Assembly: GCA_946965045.2 (NCBI GenBank)
Contig: OX337238.1
Span: 1,364,001 to 1,428,000, forward strand
DNA from: Epithemia pelagica
Lineage: Eukaryota > Protista > Bacillariophyta
Direction of reading: 5' to 3'
Length of the DNA stretch: 64,000 nt
This document shows positions 11,789 to 22,263 of this stretch, one piece after another (within the stretch, counting starts at the first letter, position 1; each line of letters opens with the position of its first letter). A model generated the notes under the pieces. It made no database searches and had not been told where the DNA came from. It saw only the letters and a list, made by a program, of their open reading frames with translations. The translations under genes and the position numbers were made by a program.

Positions 11789-13022
11789 ATGAAAGTGGTG
11801 CTACCGACCGACAGAGTACCTGCTTGGAGTAAGAAAGACGACGCCAAGCTCGCTGAACTCTTTCGCAAGGGTCCAAGCCACGGTGGAATTTCAAGCAACG
11901 ACACGTCCGTTAACACTGCGAAGAAAGTCCTTCTCACTCACTTTCCCGAGCGCTGCAAGCCCGACGTCCACAAGGCATACAAGAATTTTGGCCCTCTCTT
12001 TCGCGAAAAAGCCAGAGCCTGGAATATTAACCAGACTTTGACAGGGGCACGGAAAGCCCGAGCTGGTAAACGACGTAAGTGCAAGTGTCCATTGTTGAAA
12101 GTTGCTTCATGATTCTAACTACTTTCTTTCTTTTGTTATAGAATCAGCTGTTGCTGCTGAAGAGCAAAATCGCCTAGAGGTTAACAACCTTGTCGAGGAC
12201 GAAGCCGAGGAAGTTGAAGACGGAGACTACAGTGGGGCTGAGGAGGAGGAGGACATCTCCATTGATCTTGAAGAGGCGTCAGTTGAATCTGGTGCAGCAG
12301 AAGAAGAGGTAGAAGACAACAACAGCGAAATCAACAGCTTCAGCATGGAGGAGGCGGTTCAAGCGTTCAAAAAGATGGGCCTCACCCCGGCCAAGACACC
12401 TAAGAAGGGTGGTGGTGGTGCTGCTTTCAAGGAACTGGTAGTAGCGGCTTCATATCCCTACTGTGCATCTAAGTTTGAGAGTTCTAATACTCTGTTCTGT
12501 TCTGTGGACATGTGTGTCCCAGGAGGGTCCACGAAGACCTACACTCCGGGGCTGGTGGATGATGGCATGGCAGTCCAGGTCGATTCTGTTGTGCCAAGCT
12601 ATTTCTTCCAGAAAGGTCGACTGTTGGCGGCGCATCCTGATCTTGGGCAAGAGGACCATAGGGTCACAGAGTTCAAGCAACTCTGTGACCGGGCCAAACA
12701 GGAACATGCAACGTATGAGGGTGGCAAACCAAAGTTTGTAGCGAAGCAGAAAATCAAGTTACCTTTCAAGTGTGTGAAGGAAGATATGCAATACGAACTA
12801 CAAGCCTTCACTTCGAAGGACAAAGACTTCACCAAGGAGCACAGGGGTGCTGCCAAGATGTTTGTTTTCTCGATACTCCTCAAGGCCGCCAAGCAACCGG
12901 AACGAAAGCGTGCAAACCAAGGCACTGCACGGACCATCGCCCCTTACAATGATTCTGATGACTCCGATGTCCAAGATGTGGATGAGGATGAGATGAGTCA
13001 TGATGGAGACTACCAGAACTGA
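11789..13022 (+). CDS. Harbinger accessory protein with N-terminal Myb/SANT-like helix, two exons
   Basis: WSKKDDAKLAELF resembles the Myb/SANT start. A phase-compatible intron at ~12075-12141 joins ORFs 11687-12112 and 12102-13022. Lies inside the TIRs, as expected for the second Harbinger gene. Confidence 0.65.
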
Positions 13023-13935
13023 ATTTTGACCTACGAGAATGTCGCCTCCCCTAAATCTTGGTGGAATGATGTTTGGACTAACGACCTAGCCTTTTGGGAC
13101 ATTGACGAGACCTAGGACGAGAAAGGCTAGCTTACGTAGATAATCGATTAGTAGTGCAATCCGAGACGGAACAAGCTTTTAAGGCAATTTCATTAAGGGA
13201 ACGATTCAAGAGGTGTATATTTTCTGTCCTTCGTGCGTTGCGCAACTTTGGCCTCTTGTTTTTTTTCCAAAGCGCCTGCCATGTCAAATCGTCAGCCTGC
13301 CTTCGATCGTTGAAATCTGAACGCCGGCCTCGCCTCGTATTTTGTGCCATGAATCGTCTCACTTCTCACTTTTCGACGAACCACAAGAAATGACAATGGG
13401 GCTGCAACAAAATCGAACAATCCAGCAAAATGAATGACCACAGCATGAATACTACTGTCAAGATCTACCCCCTGGATCATTAGTAAACGCGGCAATCAAC
13501 CGAATGAGAAGAAGGATGAAAAATGACAAGACATGACAATCAACCAGTGTGTGGACGACATCAGAGTCTAAGGAAGGACACAATACAATGGATAGGGCCA
13601 GGAAGCCTAGAAACAAATAGGAGGAGTACCTAGATACATATAGAGTTGACTATGCTTGTATTTTAGTTGCAAATGTACTAAGAGCTTTCCTTGTTGTGGG
13701 CCATTGCCACTTGTCTTGTGTTTGTGCATGTTTTTTTCTGTTTCACGTGTGTGTTCACTGTTCATCCTTGTGTGGGATTTCTTCGAAGCGCGCGAAGCCA
13801 GCTATGACAGTTGGTATGGACGTTATAAATACTGCTTTTAGAGTAAAAACTGAGTTATAATTTCAAGTAAAAACTAAAATGAAAAAAGAGAAATGTCGGA
13901 TGGATGACAGAAGTTATACTCCCGCCGGATCGGAC

Positions 13936-14875
13936 AGTTCCCTTTACCTCAATGATGGCCTTGATACAACTCCCAGCTAGTAGAGGTAGAGGTATTCGAA
14001 CCCCAGGAACGTACGTCATTCCCTTCCTCCAAGTCTGGGCAATGTATGTGGTCAACGAGTGTTGTTGTGTGAGAATGATCCACTTGTGGTGAGAAACCAA
14101 AGAACAAGAAACGAATGGACTGTGCGAGTTCCTGGAATGGTATCATGATCAACCCAGATGTCAAACGCGGAACCGAACGCCACCAAGTAGTAGATCTAAC
14201 GCAATGGTATACTTGGTTGGTCATGAGAACTACCAGCACACGTCTCGATGGCATGTCATGGGGTGATCCATCGTCCAGTTACGTTCATCGATGGTCTTCT
14301 CCGGGGAGAGACAATTGCTGCGCAAGGGTACCTAATGATTTGGAGGATGCCATTGTCGAGTCCCCAAACGACAGTTTGTGTGGAGACGTGTAGTGCGTGC
14401 AAGCCGATGGAAATCACGCAGAAACGTAGTTGGTTGTTATATTCGACCGAGGGCAGTTCCTCTAGGTTGATGAATGTCTCTCTCGTTGGCCCTTGCACGG
14501 GCATAGAGGTGGACGACGATACATGGTTTTCTCGGTTTGTGGAGGACGCACAATGTGAAGAGTCGAATTCGATTTCACTCTCGTGGGGAAAATTCCCTTG
14601 AGCAGAGTGGTCCTTCTACTACAATAGAGCAAGTCGAGAACTGTTGGGAACAAAGCGTACCATTTCACCAAGAGACTCGGGTCGTATGTGATCTAGGTCT
14701 AGTTGATTCTAGGTTGAGAGCCAACAATTTTCCACCCACCAATTGGTCGAGCAAATCCACAGATCATCGATTGAACATAAAATGTCCTTTCCAAAGACCG
14801 AATCTGGTATCATGTGTCGCTCACAGTTTCAGTACACAGCAAATAGGGAGTACACAGCAACCTGGAATGCTACCT
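13936..14875. repeat. Unclassified repeat R, copy 1 (also 56011-56984 and 63483-63868)
   Basis: Shared blocks such as CGAACCCCAGGAACGTACGTCATTCCCTTCCTCCAAGTCT and GAGAACTACCAGCACACGTCTCGATGGCATGTCATGG occur at all three loci. No intact ORF. Confidence 0.8.
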
Positions 14876-15191
14876 TGTGAGAATATAGCAACCATAGCAC
14901 GTCTCGCGGTCACCTAGACTACCCAATCTACAGGATGTTCGCTTCGCTTTGCATACGACTGCAAGGACAAGCATTAGGTGAATAAAGGCTTGCCCTTGTC
15001 GTCCTTTTAGAACGTATAAAGCTCATAATAACAAAACAACCGATCTACGAATGCCCCTACGATTACGTCTTCCCAACCTATCGTAGAAATCACACGCTGC
15101 CTCTGCGAATAGAGACCAAGAGACCACCAAGAGTATCACCATAGTCGAAACCAGAGCTGCCAGAGCACGAAGAGTCGCCGCTGCTGCAATT

Positions 15192-16494
15192 ATGGACGCA
15201 GGCGGTGGAGGAGGAGGAGCACCTCCAGCACCTCCAGGGGGAGGAGGAGCTGCCTTTGCACTTGGACCTGGACGAACTAACGACGTTCTGGACTTCACGG
15301 AATCATCAGCCGTGAAGCTCTACTACAAGGCTATTGCTCCATTGGAGACCAAGTTGGATGGACAGCCGGACAACATTGCTGTCTTCCTTGCTTCCGTCGC
15401 TGACCGAGCTCGCCGTTTCCACTGGACGAGCATCCTGACCATCCCTGTGGCAGGAGGAGTCAGTCGCAACCTCATCAAGGATTATGCCCAAGTCACTGCT
15501 ACTGAAGTACAAGCACGAGCTACGACCTATCAGGGTCAACAGACGAGAGACGCGCAAAACTCGGACATGCTTTATTACTTTCTGATCGAATCATTGACAG
15601 AAACGATTAAAGCTCAGGTCTTGTTGTTTGTGGACAACTTCACAATCAACGACGCACCCGATGGGATTTGTCTTCTCAAACAGATTGTCGTCCTCACCTA
15701 CATCGACAATAGGGCAACTACAGCCCATATCAGAGACACTCTAATCAATATGTCCGACATACTGACTGAGCTTGAGGGCAATATTACCCTGTTTCAACAA
15801 CTGGGTGAGAACACAACAGGCCCGGCTCAATGCGCGTGGTACGGATGCACCCGACCTACTTTCGTATCTATGGAAGGCCTACACTCATGATCAACATGAC
15901 TCTGAGTTTGTGGCCTACATAAAGGACCTTCGCAATATGTACAATGATGGTCGCGCCAACCACACGAGTGCGCAACTCATGGTCCTAGCTGAAAACAAAT
16001 ATAAAGAGCGAGTGCAATCAGGTGACTGGGGTCAACCATCCGAGGAACAAGCTGAGATTGTGGCATTAACTGCTAAACTCCATACAGTGGAGAAGCAGCT
16101 TAATGCACGATCCAGCAATCAAACGAAAAAGACTTCCTCAGGGAAGCAACAAGGCAAGGCATCGACCAAGAACTCGTCCAACAAACGCCCTGCAACGACT
16201 GCTGATGCATCCAATAAATCCAAGCAGAACAAATATGCTTGGAAGGATGTGAAACCATCTGGGAATGAGACCAAAGTGGACGGCCATCCAACAAAGAAGA
16301 AGGATGACAAGCTCTACTATTGGTGCTTGAACCACAACGATGGCAAAGGCAAGTGGGTGCTGCATCACCCGAATGAATGCAACAACACTTCCAACCAGCA
16401 GCAATGGCAACAACGAAGCTCAGGCACTGACACAGTCAACATGGCTACCTTCGATACCATGGACAGCGGTGCTGAGAGCAGTGACCAAGAATGA
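15192..16494 (+). pseudogene. gag: copia-1 gag, frameshifted near 15790
   Basis: Overlapping ORFs 15192-15890 and 15772-16494 with a C-terminal YYWCLNH..GKWVLHHPNEC Zn-knuckle-like motif. Confidence 0.75.
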
Positions 16495-19400
16495 CAGTGG
16501 TGGTCGGTGTCATACATGCAACTCCTCCGACTGTTGCACTGGATGATACTGTACTTGTGTGGCAACCCAGGACTGACACTGGTGGCCATGATTAACGCAG
16601 CAACAGTCATAGTAGATATATACTTACCTGTCTATGACTATGAACCATATGTGCCGAAACAATATCGACGACCATCCATCATCCTTCATTGGATGCGATA
16701 TCTATGGCGCAGGTCTATGCTACCTTGGCTATGTTCAGTTGAAACCTGGATCAATAGCATGCGGACTCGCAGACGCAAGCGAGGCGGGTGTCCGCTAAGC
16801 TATAGAAGTCCGGCGCGCACTCATTGCTACCACTTGCGAGTTTACACAGTTGCTATGGCAACTACCCAGTCGAATGACGACGCGGAACTCGAGCCTCAGG
16901 CACGAGAAACTACGTTTGACACAGACTCCGTTGTAATACTCATCGACATTGGAGCATCAGCATGCATCACTAATGATCTTGCTGACTTCCTACAGCCTCC
17001 AACAAATGTCAGTGCTCAAGTCACAGGCATCAGTCGCCAAAAAGTGCTAGCTACAAAAAGAGGAACAGTGGCCTGGAGATTTGAAGATGACAATGGAGTG
17101 GAGCACAGGTTTGTAATTTGCAATGTTTACTATGTGCCTGATGCTCCTCACCGAATCTTGTGTCCGCAACAATGGGCGCAACAAGCCCATGATCAGAAAC
17201 CCATGGCAGAAGGCACTGGGTGTATGACGACCAGTAAACATGTCGTGTTGTTTTGGGACCAAAGACGATACAGGAAGTCAATCCCATTGGACACTAAACT
17301 CAACATTGGCCTTGCAAGAATGGCATCCGGATACAAACGCTTTGCCACTTTCATGGCTAATGTGGCACACAACTGGGAACCCGAGACGGAACAAGCAGTG
17401 TTCGAGACTCACATCATACCTGATGATGAATCCACTGCACCACAACAGATGGATGACGACGACATGTCGTTTCAACCACCTGACCCAGTCGATCCACCCA
17501 CAACGACGGATCCACCAATCATACAATATGGTGGCGATGTGCCAGCCACCACTGACGACTTGCCAACGACAAGTCAAGTGGACTTTGCCTTACCAGACAA
17601 ACCACATGTCATACCTGATGACGATGAGCCACGCAATTTAACACCACACGATGAATTGTTGCGTTGGCATTACCGATTGGGCCATGTCTCATTCCGGAGA
17701 ATCCAGCTCATGGCCAAACGAAATGAGCTGCCCAAGAAACTGTTGGAGGCCAAAATTCCTTTGTGCCCAGCCTGTCAATATGGCAAGATGACAAGGCGAC
17801 CGTGGAAAACCAAACCACAACAAGCAGGCAAACAAGTTCGCACATTGACAGCACCAGGACAAGTTGTCTCTGTGGATCAACTGGAATCCACAACTGTGGG
17901 CTTCATCGGACAACTCAAGGGCATCTTGACAACCTGGCGGTACAAATATGCCACAGTGTTCGTCGATCAGTACTCACGCTTGTCTTTCGTCTTCCTACAA
18001 CGGCGACTCACCAGCGAAGAGACGGTACTGGCCAAGCACGCCTTTGAACGATATGCGAGAGATCGCGGAGTCAGGATTCAGCATTACCATGCTGACAACG
18101 GACGGTTTGCTGACAATGGTTTCATCGGAGACTGTCAGGCCCATGGACAGGGACTCACCTACTGTGGAGTCAATGCCCATTTCCAAAACGGTATTGCAGA
18201 GAAGAAGATTCGGGACTTACAAGAGTAGACTCGAACTATGCTTTTGTATGCGATTGGGAAATGGCCTAGGATGCTAAACATACATCTATGGCCATATGCA
18301 TTAAGGACTGCCAACGCTGCCATTAATGCAATCCCAACCATCAAAGGCCAACGCTCATCCGAGGAAATCTTCTCTGGAGTGGAAGTCATGCCCAAGATTC
18401 GGCATTTCCACACCTTTGGATGCCCAACCTACGTTTTGGACAACAATTTACAAGCCCAGAAGGGGCTGCACAAGAGGAAAGTGCGTTCAAGACTTGGAAT
18501 CTATCTGGGACCATCTCCCAATCACGCCAGGTCTATCAGTTTGGTTCTGAACCCGAGAACCGGTCATGTATCTCCCCAATTCCATGTGAAGCATGACGAT
18601 TTCTTCGAAACTGTGACTGGCTAAGCCACAGACTTTGATACACCAGAGCCTGACTGGAAATATCTTAGCCGGCTCACAGTGAAGAAGAAACAAAGAACGC
18701 ATCAACAATCCACCAATATGTTGCCTGGGGGAGCTGACATCCTACGACCAGTCAGAGCTCCCAATCAGCAACACTCATTGATACCTCCAATGGAAGATGA
18801 CATCGTCCCTCTTCCAGTGGATGAGCCACCTTTGGAACCAATCCATCAACCCATGCCAGAGCCTGAGGGAGGTCAGGCAGAGCAACCTACTCTACAGCGA
18901 CAAACGCGCAGTGGACGAGTCGTGCGGAATACTCAACGATACGCAGAAGGAGTCCAACAAAGACAACAAGGACTCGTGGCATGGGAGACGCTAGTAGACC
19001 AGGATGACAATGAACTGGTCCCAACAGCTCAACAACAATATGAGATCCAACAACAACTGGAGGATCCAGTGTCCTTTGTAGCCAGTGCTGACCCTGACAC
19101 CATGTACCTCAATGAGGCCATGAGTCAGCCTGACCGCAAGCAATTTTGCATTGCCATGGACAAAGAATTGGCAGACCATGAGCAACGACAACATTGGAAA
19201 GTTGTGAGACGCTCACAGGTACCATCAGGTACAAAGATTGTCAACATGATTTGGTCCATGAAGAGGAAACGACGCATCGACACCAGAGAGATCTACAAAT
19301 GGAAAGCTCGTCTTAACGTGCATGGAGGCCAACAACAGTATGGCATCAACTACTGGGAAACTTATGCCCCAGTAGTAATGTGGACTACCTTATGGTTCTT

Positions 19401-19543
19401 CTTTGTTTTGTCTTTGCTCCGAGGTTGGCACACACGACAACTCGATTTTGTGCTCGGTTTCCTCAAGCACCTGCAGAGGTCCAACTATATATGAATTTCC
19501 CACAAGGCTATCACTACCAGCTAGGAATTTCTCGAAAGACACA
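16495..19543 (+). pseudogene. pol: copia-1 pol (protease-integrase-partial RT), disrupted
   Basis: Protease IDIGASAC, GAG-pre-integrase HYRLGH..CPAC, integrase VSVDQL/VFVDQYS/HADNG, RT KWKARLNVHGGQQQYGINYWETYAPVV. In-frame stops at 18226 and 18622 and a frameshift near 19460. Confidence 0.85.
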
Positions 19544-20530
19544 CCAAAGTCCGGAACGTCGTATACCTTGCAAAATATTCGCTCCTTGACCAACTGCACG
19601 ATTGCATCCAATTATGGCAAACAAGAATGGGGCATGGACCAGGCGGTGCGATACCAGGGAGGTCCCTATGTAGAACGAGATCGACCCCTGCCCGCAACTT
19701 CTCTCTTGACCAAGACACATTGCAAGGGGTACAAGTATGGACACAAGACACATTCCCGAGAAGCCGACTTTGCCTGGGCGTGTCGTCAAGGGTACAAGAA
19801 AATGTCATCAAACAAGCAATCTTCGGTCTTGTCCTCCTCCTCCGAGATCCATACCATACACAAGGCTGTTCACTTGATTCGCAATCCCTTTGACAATTTA
19901 ATCTCCCGCATGCACAACAAACTCAACAAGCTGAAACGACTTTCCAAGAAGAATAACGACAAGAGCAAGACCCAGAGCCTCGAATTGCGCTATCCCAACT
20001 CTCGACAAGGGTTTTTGAATTATTGCCGCACATTTGTCGATGGGAATACCAAGAGAGGGAGCAACCACCAGTCCATCAAGAAACGACAGCTACCTTGCGC
20101 CATGGAATGGGTTCGTTACGTGGAGTGGCACAATCATGCTGTTGCCTTGTTCGAGAAGCACGTTCCTCCAAGTGGAGAATCGTTACTCCAAGATATCCAT
20201 AGCGAGGAGCCAGGAGAGGATGGCTGGGTGGTGGATATTCAGTCGGTCCATCGCCTGTACTATGAATCGTACTCGTCGGATTATAACACGACCGTACAAG
20301 GCTTGGTAGACTTTTTACATCTGCCCACACCCACCCCCGGTCCCTTTCATCTGTTTGATGGTGGGAATCGAACCTATTTGCATTATTATACACGAGCCGA
20401 ATTTGTCCGGGCGCAACAAGTGGTGCAGCAACGTGCCACTCCGTCCTGTTGGAAGGCCCTTCAACACTACTTTGGACCCAGCTACCAACAACAAACATGG
20501 ATGCCAGGACGTCTTGCGGCTTCTTCGTAG
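19544..20530 (+). pseudogene. 5'-truncated sulfotransferase copy B
   Basis: Matches copy A from position 2231 (inside the PSB loop) to the stop. Lacks the TM segment and promoter and directly abuts copia-1 RT sequence. Confidence 0.8.
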
Positions 20531-20566
20531 AGCCTTCTTCTTTGATTTTGTACCGTCGACTACTCC

Positions 20567-22174
20567 CGTAGTATCCGAACAAAATACAACGGTGAGTAAA
20601 ACTACGTAGCTTCTGGTACATTCCTACGATACTTTATACGCCATAGTGGGTGGGCATCCACAAGACGATACCTTTGCTACCTTATCTATCTTCTTTTCCA
20701 ATTTACTCCAACACCTCTGTAGGTAGAGCGGAATAAAATCTCCTTGGCGATTCTGTATGAGCCTCTCCAGGTGCCCAAACATGGTGCCATAGTCGCCTTC
20801 TCTCTACCAATCTATCGTACCACCAGGATCCAGCCGTCACGTTCGTGGACAGGAGAAGCCGTTGTTTGAATCTCCCAACATGGCAGCAAACATTTGCCAA
20901 AATAGCCCTTCCTCCACCCGATATCCGTCCACTAAGAGACTCCTGTAGTAGTAGCACATACACTCACTCAAGTTCACTGCACTGGGTGTTGTCCATCGTT
21001 CATTCATAGGAGTAGAAGAGAAGACCACAATTCTCGCCCCTCGACCATCCACAGAATGTATCGTCCGGAAGAAAGGTATCTAGATACCCTCCGTTTCAGT
21101 GCGACCGTGAAATTGGACGAAAAAACCGTTCTCTATGGACCAAAGAGGCGGATGGTATGACTCTTTTGGATCTCTTGGGTCTATTCTACCAACCTATTAC
21201 TCCTACCTAGGTAGTACGGGCAGTGTCCGAATGCAGAATGATTCAAAGTGTCCCCTAAGGACGAAAATGGAGGTGTTTTGGTGATTCTTTTTTATGGACA
21301 TGCTCGTGAGATTAAATTCTACCTTGAGACGACAACCAACAACAATACTCTAGTTCCTTCGTTTGTTGCTCCCTTTCCAATAAGGATGACTGAATGGAGA
21401 GTCCACCACCACCACTTTTGTGTGATGTGTACGGCGGCCTGGCTTGTTATTATCTCAACCGTCCCGTGTAGAGAACATGGTTGAACGGGAAGCTCGTTTG
21501 GTTTGTGGCCTCGAGCAATTGCGTGCGCACAACGACTTGTCGTTGTTGTCTTGTTGATGATGGTGCTGTGATGTCGACATCGTCATCATGGCGATGGGTG
21601 CTTCTTGCGACAAGGCTCAAGGTGGCCCATTACGCCGACCAACAGTATTCCCGACGCTCGACAGTCGCAGGTTTTCGGGCAGGAGGAGGAGCCCTTGTTG
21701 CTCTTTCGGCTGCCACCTGGTCTGGTGGTTGGTCTTGTTGTCGCGCCATAAAGACTTGGTAGATGCGGGAATGCAGGAGCAGTGCCTTGTCGGAGACCAA
21801 CGAATACGATCACGACGACGACTCTTGTGGATGGTTGTTGCTGTTGCTGTTGTAGTATTTTGGATTGCCACCACAAGGGTCGAAGGTGTACGTGAAATGA
21901 AAAATGTGAGAAAAGTTGTATTTCAGTCATGAAGTACACTTACTTTCATAGTGCAGAGTTGTATTTTTGGCATGGTTTCCGCAACTGAAAGGGCAACTTC
22001 TAGTTGTATGGCATACTCTCGCAACTATAAGCTAGAGGCACACTATGAAGTACGAAGACATACTCCTGATGGGACTGACTGGACTGATGCATACTCCTGC
22101 ATCCACTATAATAGTACGCGATTCGAGACCCAGTCAAGAAGAATACTACTGCAGTTGTATTTTTGCGTTATTCC
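20567..22174. other. ~1.6-kb segment present only in copy B
   Basis: Copy A reads ..GACTACTCC-TCTATGGTG (~3243-3261) with no intervening sequence. TCC occurs at both edges. No convincing ORF or TIR. Confidence 0.7.
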
Positions 22175-22263
22175 TATGGTGCTCTTCTTGAAAACTGTGA
22201 ATTTGTGGAGAGATAGCTAAGGTAGCTATATTAGCGACTGAAATGAGATAGATCTTTCGGCCA

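Larger units (their letters stand above)
9782..13191. mobile_element. Complete PIF/Harbinger DNA transposon (~3.4 kb)
   Basis: 31-bp TIRs GAAATTGCCTTAAAAGCT(G/T)GTTCCGTCTCGG with one mismatch (9782-9812 and 13161-13191). 3-bp flanking repeat ATT (9779-9781, 13192-13194). Absent from copy B. Contains a DDE gene and a Myb/SANT-like gene. Confidence 0.9.
2231..14875 (+). repeat. Tandem segmental duplication / haplotype copy A
   Basis: Colinear and highly similar to 19544-56984 once the copy-specific insertions are removed: sulfotransferase 3' part, LMF gene, secreted-protein gene, upstream region and unclassified repeat R. Confidence 0.9.
14876..19543 (+). mobile_element. 3'-truncated, decayed Ty1/copia LTR retrotransposon (copia-1)
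   Basis: Begins TGTGA right after TACCT; the empty site is at 56980-56984 in copy B. Probable LTR 14876-15094 (TGTGA..TCACA, unconfirmed without a 3' LTR). Order is gag, protease, integrase, RT; cut inside RT. Confidence 0.88.

Noticed and set aside
15095-15120. Primer-binding site for copia-1
   Set aside because: No TGG-type PBS or convincing tRNA complement was found, and the LTR end itself is unconfirmed.
19403-20530. In-frame reverse transcriptase-sulfotransferase fusion protein (375-aa ORF)
   Set aside because: The upstream part of this ORF is an alternative frame of the copia RT; the RT frame is out of phase with the sulfotransferase.
20567-22174. MITE or TIR element
   Set aside because: The motifs shared by the two ends (GTAGTAT and AAAATACAAC) occur in swapped order and do not form a terminal inverted repeat.
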